From assembly GCA_035620735.1 (NCBI GenBank), contig DASPGH010000125.1, forward strand, positions 30,135 through 94,134: 64,000 nt of DNA, read 5' to 3'. Of this stretch, positions 25,640 through 34,772 are shown piece by piece. Position numbers and translations under genes: made by a program. Within the stretch, counting starts at the first letter, position 1. Each line of letters opens with the position of its first letter. Below the pieces are notes generated by a model. It made no database searches. It was not told the DNA's origin and was given only the letters and a program-made list of their open reading frames with translations. This DNA comes from Acidimicrobiia bacterium. Its GTDB lineage: Bacteria; Actinomycetota; Acidimicrobiia; Spongiisociales; ZC4RG35.

Positions 25640-26845
25640 ATGGATGGAACCATGAGTGAGGCACCCGACCTTCTCGGTGAAGACGACCGACCGGCGTTCT
25701 TCCCGATCGCCAACGCGGCGGAGATCGGGTTGGAGGCGCCCGAGCAACGGCACGGCGCCAGCGTCCGGACCTTGGTGAGGGCCGTGGCCGGGATGCAGAA
25801 GGAGTCCCTTTCCATAAACGGCTCCAATGCCCGCGCCTGGAGACTGGTCAGCGACGAAGGCCCCTATCTGGCCGGACATGACCGGGCGCCCTGCCCGCTG
25901 TGCACGTTCATCACCGGGATGGTGTCTTCTTACATGAACGAGATCCAGGGCCTGGCCCGCCGGCGTGGTCTCGACATCGCAGACATCGAACTCACCTTGG
26001 GAAATCACTACAGCATGGAGGGATCGGCCCTCCAGGGCACGATGCTCGGCGGCGCGATGCCACCTGAGTTGACCGTGGACATCGCCGCCGATGCCGCCAC
26101 CAGCGATCTGAACGATCTGGTTCTCGAGGCCGTGGAGGCGTCACCGGTGAATGGTTTGCTCAGCGGTGAGAACAACGGGCTGTTCAACCTGGTGTGGAAT
26201 GGCGAGCAGATCCCCGTTGGCGAGGTCCTGGCCATGGGGCGACCTGCGGATCCCGACCCGCACGATGCGTTCTCGGCCGTGGAGATCGCCGACCTTCCGG
26301 TTGCCGAAGACATCATGATCAAGGTCAAGCCCGCTGACCAGGTCGAGGGAGTGCCCGGTGGCATCAACACCAGCCTCCAGGAGTCACAGAGCCGCACCCT
26401 CCACGTCCAGGCCCGGTGCCGGGTGCGGGAGGACGGCGTCAAAGTGATCAACGAAAACCTGTTCCAGCCCATCGGGTCTGAGTTTCGGTTTCTCAGCGAC
26501 GAGTCACCCGAAGACGAGGGCAGCGGGCTCGCCCCCGATGCCTTGACCTATCTGGCGGCCGGTCTCGGATTTTGTTTCATGACTCAGTTCGGCCGGTATG
26601 CCTCGATCACCAAGAAACGTCTCGACGCCTACCGCATCGTCCAGGATATCCACTTCGCACCCGGGGGAGCCTCGGGAGGAGACCGCGGCCCGGGCCGGGC
26701 CGACCCTGTGGAGACCCACGTTTTCCTGGATACGCCCGAGGGAGCGGAGTTCGCTCGCAAGACCCTGGACATGGGGGAAAGGACCTGTTTTCTCCACGCC
26801 ACCTGCCGCACCGACCTCACTCCCAAGATCGAGATCGCGTCGTGA
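25640..26845 (+). CDS. Tandem OsmC/Ohr-like domain protein (function unknown)
   Basis: ORF 25598..26845; the start is ATG 25640 or 25652. Two OsmC-like halves are visible: ..SDEGPYLAGHDRAPCPLCTFITGMVSSYM.. and ..SDESPEDEGSGLAPDALTYLAAGLGFCFMTQFG..ERTCFLHATCR... Domain call made by eye only. Confidence 0.6.
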   Translation: MDGTMSEAPDLLGEDDRPAFFPIANAAEIGLEAPEQRHGASVRTLVRAVAGMQKESLSINGSNARAWRLVSDEGPYLAGHDRAPCPLCTFITGMVSSYMNEIQGLARRRGLDIADIELTLGNHYSMEGSALQGTMLGGAMPPELTVDIAADAATSDLNDLVLEAVEASPVNGLLSGENNGLFNLVWNGEQIPVGEVLAMGRPADPDPHDAFSAVEIADLPVAEDIMIKVKPADQVEGVPGGINTSLQESQSRTLHVQARCRVREDGVKVINENLFQPIGSEFRFLSDESPEDEGSGLAPDALTYLAAGLGFCFMTQFGRYASITKKRLDAYRIVQDIHFAPGGASGGDRGPGRADPVETHVFLDTPEGAEFARKTLDMGERTCFLHATCRTDLTPKIEIAS

Positions 26846-26889
26846 GCGTGTGCAGATACGGTGCCCAGGGCACCGTATCTGCACACGCT
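26845..26889. terminator. Perfect 22-bp-stem hairpin between convergent genes (bidirectional terminator)
   Basis: AGCGTGTGCAGATACGGTGCCC-A-GGGCACCGTATCTGCACACGCT starts in the stop codon of the OsmC-like gene and ends 5 nt before the ligI stop. No U-tract. Confidence 0.75.
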
Positions 26890-26893
26890 TGGA

Positions 26894-27769
26894 TCACCTG
26901 AAGTCGTAGAGGCGCTGCGGGTTGGCCACCAGGATGCGTTGTCTGGTCGCCTCGTCGGGGGCGAAGTCGGCCAGCAGATCCACCAGGTCGCCGTCGTCGG
27001 GCATGTGACGCACGTTGGGGTGGGGCCAGTCGGTCCCCCATAGGACGCGGTCCGGCGCCGTCTCGATCAGTCGGCGGGCAAAGGGCACCACATCGTCATA
27101 GGGCGGTGGCCCATCGGCCGTGAGCCGTTCGGCGCCGGAGATCTTGACCCAGGCTCGTTCGTTCCGTCCGAGCAGCTCGACCAGATAGGCGAACGGCTCC
27201 TGCCCGATCCCATCCTGCGTCTTCACCCTGGCCATGTGGTCGATGATGAAGGGCACGGGCAGGGAATCGAAGAGCTCCTCGTGTTTAGGGAGATCGTCCG
27301 CGTCGAAATGCAGGTCGAGATGCCATCCCATCGGCTCCACCCGGCCGACGAGACCCAAGAGTTGGTCCAGATCGGGCTCAGATCCGAGGTGTCTCACGAA
27401 GTTGAAGCGGATCCCACGCACACCAACATCGTGCATCCCCTCGAGCTGACCGGGAGTGTGCGAGTCGTCGATCATGCCAACTCCGGCGAACCGACCGGCC
27501 CCCACCTGGAGAGCGTCGAGCATGGCCGCGTTGTCAGACCCGTGGCAAGACGCCTGGACGATCACGGCGCGCTCCAGGCCGAGACGCTTCTGAAGACCGA
27601 GGAGGTCGTCGACACCGGAGTCCGGCGGGGTGTAGGAGCGATCGGCGGCGAAGGGAAACCTGTCGGCAGGACCGAAAACGTGACAGTGGGCGTCGCAGGA
27701 GCCCGGTGGCGGCTCGAAACGAGTCGGGGGATGAGGGTTTGGATGTGGCGGGGGGATGGTCGGTTCCAT
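26894..27769 (-). CDS. ligI: 2-pyrone-4,6-dicarboxylate lactonase (amidohydrolase_2)
   Basis: 291 aa. ..PPPGSCDAHCHVFGP..FPF...YTPPD.., ..VIVQASCHGSDNAAMLDAL.., ..GIRFNF.., ..IIDHM.. and ..WGTDWPHPN.. match my recollection of LigI block for block. Confidence 0.85.
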   Translation of the reverse strand: MEPTIPPPHPNPHPPTRFEPPPGSCDAHCHVFGPADRFPFAADRSYTPPDSGVDDLLGLQKRLGLERAVIVQASCHGSDNAAMLDALQVGAGRFAGVGMIDDSHTPGQLEGMHDVGVRGIRFNFVRHLGSEPDLDQLLGLVGRVEPMGWHLDLHFDADDLPKHEELFDSLPVPFIIDHMARVKTQDGIGQEPFAYLVELLGRNERAWVKISGAERLTADGPPPYDDVVPFARRLIETAPDRVLWGTDWPHPNVRHMPDDGDLVDLLADFAPDEATRQRILVANPQRLYDFR

Positions 27770-28842
27770 CAGTACGAACGTGGATAGACCATTCCGTCCA
27801 TGAGCATTCGGGCAGTGCGGACGATGCCCGCCGCAGCCACTGTCGGCGGTTCATCCTCGGTCAGCGTCACTGTGGCGTCCATCGAGCCGGTGGGATGCTC
27901 CAGTCTGATCACGTCCGACTCCGTGTGCTGGAACACCGTGGCTGCGGGCGACCCGGGGAGGAGACAGGCAGTCGCCACCGAGACCGCTCCGAGCACACCG
28001 ATCGAGATGTGACAGCGATGCGGGATGAACGTCCGTGTGGAGATGTTCCCCGAGTCTCGTGGCGGCGCCACCAGGGTGAGCTTCGGGATGGTCATGGCGG
28101 ACACGTCGCCCAGACCCATCAGACGCCCGGCAGAAAGCCTGATCGTCTCCAGACGCTCACGGAGCTCGTCGTTGGACTCCAGTTCGGAACACGTCTCGTA
28201 GCCGGTGATCGCGAAGTCCCCGGCTCGCATCACCACAACCGGCATTCCGTTGTCGATGAGGGTGGTCTCCACTCCGTCCACCTCATCGACGAAGCGGCCC
28301 GTGGGTAGGAGTGCACCGGTGGTCCCTCCGGCGACGTCGACGAAGTCGATGTCGATTCGGGCTGCCGTGCCAGGCACGCCCGAGATCGATGTATCGCCGT
28401 CGTAAACCGGCACGCCACCCTCCACTGGGAACCGGGAGATGGCCAACCCGTCTGTGTTACGCATCCAGATGCGGACCTCGGACGTTCCGTTGTCGGCGGG
28501 GACAAGTCCTCTTTCGACGGCGAACGGCCCCACCGCAGCGAGCATGTTTCCGCAATTCTGCCGGTCCGTGATGGTGGGCTCGTCGACGCCAGGCTGAAGG
28601 AACAGATATTCGACGTCGGCCTCCTCCCGGCTCGAGGGAGAAACCACAGCCACCTTGGTGGTGAGAGGATGGGCCCCTCCGACGCCGTCGATTTGACGGG
28701 GGTCGGGTGTCCCCATGACCGCCAGCAGAAAGCGGTCTCTCTCCTTCTCGTCGTCGGGCAGATCGGCCTCGAGGAAGAAGGCCCCCTTCGAGGTGCCGCC
28801 CCGCATCAGGGCGGCTCGAACGCCAGCTCCGGTGCTGCTCAT
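27769..28842 (-). CDS. galD: 4-oxalomesaconate tautomerase / delta-isomerase (PrpF family)
   Basis: 357 aa. MRGGTSKGAFFLEADLP.. and ..NCGNMLAAVGPFAVE.. are PrpF/GalD/LigU hallmarks. 1-nt overlap (TGATG) with the ligI start. Confidence 0.82.
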   Translation of the reverse strand: MSSTGAGVRAALMRGGTSKGAFFLEADLPDDEKERDRFLLAVMGTPDPRQIDGVGGAHPLTTKVAVVSPSSREEADVEYLFLQPGVDEPTITDRQNCGNMLAAVGPFAVERGLVPADNGTSEVRIWMRNTDGLAISRFPVEGGVPVYDGDTSISGVPGTAARIDIDFVDVAGGTTGALLPTGRFVDEVDGVETTLIDNGMPVVVMRAGDFAITGYETCSELESNDELRERLETIRLSAGRLMGLGDVSAMTIPKLTLVAPPRDSGNISTRTFIPHRCHISIGVLGAVSVATACLLPGSPAATVFQHTESDVIRLEHPTGSMDATVTLTEDEPPTVAAAGIVRTARMLMDGMVYPRSY

Positions 28843-28951
28843 CGGGGTGATCTCATGGGTCGGCGCGGGAGTCTAGGAAGGTGACTTGGACCCCGTGTTG
28901 TCATGGTCGCCCCGCGACGCCGGGAACCCGGGCTTCGCTTAGGGTTGCGCC

Positions 28952-29680
28952 ATGACTGGTGAAGCACTCATGGTCGTCAGCGCCCATGTCGGGGATTTCG
29001 TGTGGCGGGCCGGTGGGGCGATCGCCCTCTACTCGAGTCGTGGCCATGAGGTGCACGTGGTTTGCCTCGCCTATGGGGAGCGCGGCGAGTCGGCGCGATT
29101 CTGGCGTCAGGGCATGGGCCTGGAGGAGGTCAAGAAGGCGCGTCATGAGGAGGCGGTAGCTGCAGCCGGTGTTCTCGGTGCCGAGCTGCACACCTTCGAC
29201 GGCGACGACTACCCCCTTGTCGAAACCCCCGCGCTCCTCGATCGCCTGGTTCGCATGTATCGCGAGGTCATGCCGACCGTGGTGCTCACCCACACCGAGC
29301 GCGATCCCTGGAATCGAGATCACGAGACGGCGTTCGGCATGGCGACGAAAGCCCGCATCATCGCCCAGGCGGCCGGGTACGACCCCGGCGGCGAGGTGTT
29401 GGGAGCTCCTCCTGTATTTCTGTTCGAGCCACATCAGTCGGAGTACTGCGGGTTCATGCCCGACGTCCTTCTGGACATCACCGAGGTCTGGGAGAAGAAG
29501 CTGGAGGCAATGCACTGTCTCGAGGGACAGCAGCATCTCTGGGACTACTACACCGACGTGGCCAAACGGCGGGGAGTCCAGGCGAAGCGGAACTCGGGAC
29601 CCAACCTGGGCCTGAAGTCCGAGACCATGGGTGAGGCCTACCAGCGGGTATATCCCCAGGTGGCCTCTGAGCTGTCATGA
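28952..29680 (+). CDS. galB: 4-oxalomesaconate hydratase, GalB type (PIG-L/LmbE zinc hydrolase fold)
   Basis: 242 aa. ..VVSAHVGDFVWRAGGAIA..GHEVHVVCLAYGERGES.. and ..VLTHTERDPWNRDHE.. match the LmbE-like fold. Context between galD and galC. ATGA overlap with galC. Confidence 0.75.
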   Translation: MTGEALMVVSAHVGDFVWRAGGAIALYSSRGHEVHVVCLAYGERGESARFWRQGMGLEEVKKARHEEAVAAAGVLGAELHTFDGDDYPLVETPALLDRLVRMYREVMPTVVLTHTERDPWNRDHETAFGMATKARIIAQAAGYDPGGEVLGAPPVFLFEPHQSEYCGFMPDVLLDITEVWEKKLEAMHCLEGQQHLWDYYTDVAKRRGVQAKRNSGPNLGLKSETMGEAYQRVYPQVASELS

Positions 29681-30381
29681 GCGGGATGGACCACCACGTC
29701 GTCGTCAGAACGATCGAACGCGCCGACCCGACGGTCGTCACAGGGCTCGGTCAGGCCGGAGTCGCCACCGTGCACGAGGCGGCGGGACGCACCGGTCTCC
29801 TCCCCCCACGGATCCGCCCCATCCAGACGGGGCATACCGTTGCCGGGTCGGCGGTGACCGTCTCGTGCCCCCCCGGGGACAACATGATGATCCATGCCGC
29901 GGTCGAGGTGGTCCGGGAAGGCGATGTGCTGGTGGTGGCACTTCAAGCCCCATCGACCGACGGCATGTTCGGCGAGCTGTTGGCCACCTCGCTACAGACA
30001 AGAGGCTGTGTCGGCCTGGTCATCGACGCCGGCGTCCGCGACACAGCAGAGCTTCGGGAGATGCGTTTTCCGGTTTGGGCCAGCTCGATACATGCTCAGG
30101 GCACGGTCAAGGAAACGGCGGGGTCTGTGAACGTCCCTGTCGGCTTTGACGGCCAACCGGTCGAACCAGGAGACGTCATCGTGGCCGACGACGATGGTGT
30201 CGTTGTGATCTCACGTCTCGACGCTCCTCGCGTGCTCGACTCTTCCCGGGAGCGACTGGCCAAGGAGGATGCTGTGCGTCAGCGTCTCAAGGACGGGGAG
30301 CTGGGTATCGACTTCTACGGACTTCGCGACCGTCTCGAGAGTCTGGGAGTTCGCTGGCTCGACCAGCCCGAAGACGTCTGA
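29677..30381 (+). CDS. galC: 4-carboxy-4-hydroxy-2-oxoadipate aldolase / oxaloacetate decarboxylase (RraA-like class II aldolase)
   Basis: 234 aa. ..GVATVHEA..G.., ..PGDNMMIHAA.., ..GELLATSLQTRGCVGLVIDAGVRD.. and ..FPVWA.. match the RraA/LigK/GalC fold. Confidence 0.82.
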   Translation: MSGMDHHVVVRTIERADPTVVTGLGQAGVATVHEAAGRTGLLPPRIRPIQTGHTVAGSAVTVSCPPGDNMMIHAAVEVVREGDVLVVALQAPSTDGMFGELLATSLQTRGCVGLVIDAGVRDTAELREMRFPVWASSIHAQGTVKETAGSVNVPVGFDGQPVEPGDVIVADDDGVVVISRLDAPRVLDSSRERLAKEDAVRQRLKDGELGIDFYGLRDRLESLGVRWLDQPEDV

Positions 30382-31139
30382 TGCGGATCGCCGTTTTCGG
30401 GTTGGGTGAGGCCGGCTCGCTGATCGCCGCCGATCTGGCGCGGGTGGGCGTGGAAGTCCACGGCTTCGACCCCGCCGACGTGCCCACACCCGACGGTGTC
30501 CGTCGTCATGACCTGCCGACCAGGGCCGTGGCCGGAGCAGAGCTCGTAATTGCTGTGACAACGGCGTCTGACTCGAAGACGGCGATGGCTCAAGCGTGGG
30601 AGCTCATCGGGCCGGAGACCATCTATGCCGACCTCGCCACTGCCAACCCCCGGCTGAAGATTGAGTTGGCGGAGACCGCAGGGGAGCGGGGTGTCCCATT
30701 CGTCGACGTGGCGCTGATGGCACCCGTCCCGGGGAAGGGCCTTACAACTCCTGCGCTCGCGGCAGGCCCGGGCGCCGCCATCATGTCAGCCGCACTGAAT
30801 CCCCTGGGCGCCCGGTTGGAGCCGATCGAGGGGGAACCGGGAGCCGCTCAAGCCCGCAAGCTGACGCGGAGTGTCGTCACCAAGGGTCTGGCGGCGCTGG
30901 TCCGGGAGGCGATGGCCGCCGCCCGGGTCGCCGGAGACGACGAGTGGGCATGGAGTCACCTGGTCGAGCTGCTGGAGACCACCGACAGGTCGTTCGTCGA
31001 GAGGCTCATGGCCGGCACCGATATCCACGCCGAGCGTCGGTTGGCCGAGATGGAGGCGGCGGCCGATTACCTGGGCGATTTGGGTGTGCCCGCCGACCTG
31101 ACGAGGGCGACGATCGAGCACCTCCGCCGGGCCATCTGA
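30381..31139 (+). CDS. NAD(P)-binding dehydrogenase (6-PGDH-type Rossmann + DUF1932-like C-terminus)
   Basis: 252 aa. MRIAVFGLGEAGSLIAADLARVGVEVHGFD. Start codon overlaps the galC stop by 1 nt. Substrate unknown. Confidence 0.65.
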   Translation: MRIAVFGLGEAGSLIAADLARVGVEVHGFDPADVPTPDGVRRHDLPTRAVAGAELVIAVTTASDSKTAMAQAWELIGPETIYADLATANPRLKIELAETAGERGVPFVDVALMAPVPGKGLTTPALAAGPGAAIMSAALNPLGARLEPIEGEPGAAQARKLTRSVVTKGLAALVREAMAAARVAGDDEWAWSHLVELLETTDRSFVERLMAGTDIHAERRLAEMEAAADYLGDLGVPADLTRATIEHLRRAI

Positions 31140-31228
31140 TCGAACCTCTCTTCGACTTTCTGAGCGTGGAAATGCCCGGAATCCGGCTGACTATCCGCCC
31201 AGAAGCGTTCTCGCCCGGCTTCGCCCGT

Positions 31229-32440
31229 CTATCCACCGGGAACGGTCCCTGCGACCGGCATCGGGGAGGGCAGCCAGAACGAGACCCTGCCCCCGGGCCC
31301 TTCCTCCGCCCAGATGTCGCCGCCGAGGGCCGCGACATAGCTGCGAGCTATGGAGAGACCGAGCCCGGCCCCGCCAGTGCCACGAAACCGACTCTCGTCG
31401 TCGCGTGTGAACCGCTCGAACGCCAAGTCGACGAACCCGGCTTCGAAGCCAGGACCTTCATCGACTATCGAGCAGTTGGCGCGATGGCCGTTCCCGATCG
31501 CCACCAGGACCGTCCCGCCCACTGGCGAGTGCCGGATCGCATTGTCGAGCAGATTGCGCAGGACACGGGCGACTGCCTCGGGCGCAGCCGACGCCATCAC
31601 CCGCGAATCCGCTTCGAGACGAACTTCGACCTGGCGTGTGTTGGCCAGGGGTGTGAGCACCTCGATGGCCTCGTCGGCGATCTCGGTGAAGTCGATGGGC
31701 TCGGACCGGAGCTCGATGTCACCAGATTCGAGTCGAGCCATGAGGAATATGTCGTCAACGAGGCGACTCAGCGCGTCGACGTCGGCCTCCATCGACTGCA
31801 GATAGCGGTCGGGACGGTCGGTCAGACCGTCCTGAAGGGCCTCGATGGCCGCTCGGATAGAAGCCAGAGGAGTACGCAGGTCATGGCCGACTGCGGCGAA
31901 CAGGGCGCGTCGTGCCTGCTCTTCGGTCTCCCGGCGTCTCTCAGCCTCTTCGAGGGAGACCGCCATGACGTCGACGTCGCGGGCAAGTCGACCCGCCTCA
32001 TCGAGACGGTGGACGCCGGTGCGGGCAGCCAGGTCACCGTGAGCAATTGCGGAGGAAGTGTCGCTGATGCGGGCCAGGTCGTCGGTCAGCGGGCCGCTCA
32101 CTGTCAGACCGAATGCGAGCGACGCCACGATCCCGAAGCCGATCAGGACCCAGAGGAGACTGAGATCGTGCTCGGAGATGAACATCTGCTCGCCGGCGAT
32201 GGCAAGTGCCGCCCCGAGGATGAGCAGCGATGTGCCCCCGAGGATGATCACCGTGACCTTCAGGGAAGGCAACCGGCGGGCCAGCCGGGGTAGCGCCAGA
32301 GCCGCGGCCGCGATGCCTGCCGCCGTCAAGCTGAACAGCACGAGTGCGCCCAGCCGATCATCCCCGGTAGGGCGCATGGTCATCTCGAACACGCCCATCC
32401 CGATCAAGATCAGGGCGATGGTCGTGGCGAGCAATCTCAC
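31229..32440 (-). CDS. Sensor histidine kinase (2 TM, HAMP, HisKA, HATPase_c)
   Basis: H-box AAVGHDLRTPL, N-box LLDNAIRHSP, G-boxes VDEGPGF and GGAGLGLSIA. 4-nt overlap with the response-regulator gene. Confidence 0.9.
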   Translation of the reverse strand: MRLLATTIALILIGMGVFEMTMRPTGDDRLGALVLFSLTAAGIAAAALALPRLARRLPSLKVTVIILGGTSLLILGAALAIAGEQMFISEHDLSLLWVLIGFGIVASLAFGLTVSGPLTDDLARISDTSSAIAHGDLAARTGVHRLDEAGRLARDVDVMAVSLEEAERRRETEEQARRALFAAVGHDLRTPLASIRAAIEALQDGLTDRPDRYLQSMEADVDALSRLVDDIFLMARLESGDIELRSEPIDFTEIADEAIEVLTPLANTRQVEVRLEADSRVMASAAPEAVARVLRNLLDNAIRHSPVGGTVLVAIGNGHRANCSIVDEGPGFEAGFVDLAFERFTRDDESRFRGTGGAGLGLSIARSYVAALGGDIWAEEGPGGRVSFWLPSPMPVAGTVPGG

Positions 32441-33141
32441 GGCTCGAACCGGTAGCCGACGCCCCAGACCGTGAGCAATCGCTGTGGCGACTGTGGGTCA
32501 GTCTCGATCTTCTGGCGAAGACGTCGGATGTGAACCGTGACCGTCGAAGGGTCCTGCCAGTCGGAGTTGGAGTCCCACACGTGGTCGAGGATCTGGCCCC
32601 GTGAGAACACCTGCCGCGGGGAGGAGGCCATGAAGTAGAGAAGGTCGAACTCTTTTGGTGGCAGGTCGAGGATGGCGTCGCCGAGCATCACCTCACGGAG
32701 CGCCGGATCGATGCTCAGGTCGCCCAGCACGAGCGTTTGACCACCATGGCGGGCCTCCGATGTGGCCCGCTTGAGGACCGTTCGGGCTCGTGTCGCCAGC
32801 TCGCGCGGTGAGAAGGGCTTGACCACGTAGTCGTCGGCCCCGAGCTCCAGCCCGAGGACACGGTCCGACTCGTCACCTCTGGCGCTGAGCAGGATGACCG
32901 GTGTGTCCCGCCGCTCTCGAACCGCGGTGAGGATCGACAGCCCGTCGCTACCGGGGAGCATCACGTCGAGCACGATCAAGTCTGGATCGTCCGCCTCGAT
33001 CAACTCCAGTGCGTTCGAACCGTCCCCGGCCACGGTGACCTTGAATCCGTCCCGGATCAGATACGCCGAGACGACCTCGCGCACCATCGGCTCATCGTCG
33101 ACGACGAGAACAGAGCGACCGTTGAACTCGCTGAGTGACAT
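32437..33141 (-). CDS. OmpR/PhoB-family response regulator
   Basis: ORF 32437..33177. Likely start ATG 33141 (MSLSEFNGRSVLVVDDEP..). Receiver domain (DLIVLDVMLPG) plus winged helix (LLTVWGVGYRF). Confidence 0.9.
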   Translation of the reverse strand: MSLSEFNGRSVLVVDDEPMVREVVSAYLIRDGFKVTVAGDGSNALELIEADDPDLIVLDVMLPGSDGLSILTAVRERRDTPVILLSARGDESDRVLGLELGADDYVVKPFSPRELATRARTVLKRATSEARHGGQTLVLGDLSIDPALREVMLGDAILDLPPKEFDLLYFMASSPRQVFSRGQILDHVWDSNSDWQDPSTVTVHIRRLRQKIETDPQSPQRLLTVWGVGYRFEP

Positions 33142-33228
33142 GCGATTGGAGCGGGTCGGTCTCGGAGCGGTTGCCACACTCCCATGGTGGGCGATGGGCG
33201 GTTAAGCCGATGTCAATGCTCCGGACGT

Positions 33229-33262
33229 GTCTCGCCACCGGGTTGGAGCCCGATGGCGAGAC
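33229..33262 (-). terminator. 9-bp-stem hairpin downstream of the secreted-protein gene
   Basis: GTCTCGCCA-N16-TGGCGAGAC lies 16 nt past the TGA at 33278-33280 (minus strand). Confidence 0.45.
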
Positions 33263-33277
33263 GGTTTGTCGGTCTTC

Positions 33278-33706
33278 TCAGCGTTGCGTCGCAGGCAGCT
33301 TGATGATCGGGCACTCGAAGTACTTGACCACACCATTGTCTACCGCGAAGCCGTTTGCGAGGGCTGCCTCGATCTCGGCTGCCGAGTCGAGATCGCCGCT
33401 GTCGTTGGTGTCGGCGGAATCGAGATCCGACACTTCGAGAGCGTGGACCATCCATCGACCTCCGTTGTAGTCGGTGTCGCCGGGCGCGGCGGTGGCTACG
33501 TTCATCTGACCCTCGATGTCATAGATGATGTCGAAGCTGTGCGCCGGCGCTCCGGTCTCGGAGAAGTCGGTGGGAGTGCCGACAGTGCGATAGGCCTGTC
33601 CGTCGACGTAGATGGCAGGCCCGCTGACCCCTTTGGCCAGGGCAGTGCCGGGCACAAGGAGGAGGGCTGCACCTACCAGGGCGAGCAGAATCGTGAGTTT
33701 GCGCAA
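33278..33706 (-). CDS. Secreted hypothetical protein
   Basis: ORF 33278..33826. Preferred start is TTG 33706, 6 nt behind AAAGGAG, giving MRKLTILLALVGAALLLVPGTALA (Sec signal peptide). No recognisable domain. Confidence 0.6.
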   Translation of the reverse strand: MRKLTILLALVGAALLLVPGTALAKGVSGPAIYVDGQAYRTVGTPTDFSETGAPAHSFDIIYDIEGQMNVATAAPGDTDYNGGRWMVHALEVSDLDSADTNDSGDLDSAAEIEAALANGFAVDNGVVKYFECPIIKLPATQR

Positions 33707-33834
33707 GGGTGGCTCCTTTCGTTTCCCCCAGAAGCGGGGGATCTGTTTGGCAACGTATGGGTCAGATCTTGCGAAACCCTGAACAGCACAGAAACACGCA
33801 CAGAAGTCGACGGCGCCGGTATACATCGAGTGCG

Positions 33835-34545
33835 ATGGACGGCTGGCACACCGACGAGATCGAGACCGATGGCCTCGAGGCGTATCTGGTGAATCCGGCC
33901 CGGCCCAACGGGTCCGCGGTCATCTTCCTCCACTGGTTCGACGAGGCACCCAACGCCAATCGGTCCCAGTTCCTCGGCGAAGCGACTGACCTCGCCCAGC
34001 GGGGTGTCACCTCCTTGCTCCCACAGCTGACCTTTCCCTGGCACGCACCGCCCAGCGACATCGAGGACGACCTACGTCGGATCACAGGGGAGATGGGACG
34101 GCTCAGAGCCGCCTGTGAGCACCTGGCGGGCATGGATGGTGTCGAAGAGTCCAGAGTCGTGATGGTGGGCCACGATTTCGGCGCCATGCATGGCATGGGG
34201 ATCTTTGAGGACATCGATCTCGCCGGGGCTGTTCTCATCGCCCCGACCGCCAGATGGTCCGACTGGTTTCTGAGATTCTGGGAAATCGATGCCGACCGCT
34301 GGGATTACATGCGGGCGCTACACGTGGTCGACCCGGTGACGACGGTGTCTCATGCCCGCTGCCCTCTCCTGTTCCAGTTCGGCAAGGAAGACTTCTACGT
34401 CGCCGCCATGACAGGGCTCGAGTTGTTCGAAGCAGCTCCGGAACCCAAGGAGCTGAAGACGTACGAGTGCGGACACGACATGGGTCTCGACCTGATCAGG
34501 GTCGATCGCACGGTCTTCATCGAGCGGGTACTGGATCTTCCCTGA
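33835..34545 (+). CDS. Alpha/beta-hydrolase fold protein (dienelactone-hydrolase-like; GHDFG elbow)
   Basis: ORF 33709..34545. Likely start ATG 33835 (MDGWHTDEIETDGLEAYLV..). ..AVIFLHWF.. and ..VVMVGHDFGAMHG.. (Asp at the nucleophile-elbow position) are present. Confidence 0.6.
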   Translation: MDGWHTDEIETDGLEAYLVNPARPNGSAVIFLHWFDEAPNANRSQFLGEATDLAQRGVTSLLPQLTFPWHAPPSDIEDDLRRITGEMGRLRAACEHLAGMDGVEESRVVMVGHDFGAMHGMGIFEDIDLAGAVLIAPTARWSDWFLRFWEIDADRWDYMRALHVVDPVTTVSHARCPLLFQFGKEDFYVAAMTGLELFEAAPEPKELKTYECGHDMGLDLIRVDRTVFIERVLDLP

Positions 34546-34585
34546 CTGCGAAACGCCGACCCGCCCAGACGGCGACTCCGAGACA

Positions 34586-34772
34586 CGCCGGCCCGTGGCA
34601 CCGCTTCGGGGTCGAAGAGAATGGCTGCGAGCGGTCGGGCCCCCGCCTCCACGAGCCAGCTGCGGTCATCATCGGACCTATAGACCGCGGTGACATCGTG
34701 ACCGGCGGCCACCAGGTATGGCATCGCAGCCCGTCCGATCACGCCCGTCGCCCCGGTGAGCAGAATCTTCAT
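34586..34772 (-). pseudogene. N-terminal remnant of an NAD-dependent epimerase/dehydratase gene
   Basis: ATG 34772 opens MKILLTGATGVIGRAAMPYLVAAGHDVTAVYRSDDDRSWLVEAGARPLAAILFDPEAV (a Rossmann beta-alpha-beta). The reading frame then becomes Arg/Ser-rich nonsense and runs into the 3' end of the convergent hydrolase gene. The remaining ~240 codons expected for this family are absent. Confidence 0.55.

Noticed and set aside
1-31139. The aromatic supercluster as a mobile genomic island / ICE
   Set aside because: There is no integrase, transposase, tRNA attachment site, flanking direct repeat or obvious compositional break visible by eye.
31229-33141. The histidine kinase / OmpR-type pair as the regulator of the adjacent gal/lig genes
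   Set aside because: The pair is convergent with the galB-galC-dehydrogenase operon, there is no shared promoter region or motif, and the sensor has no recognisable ligand domain. Adjacency alone is insufficient.
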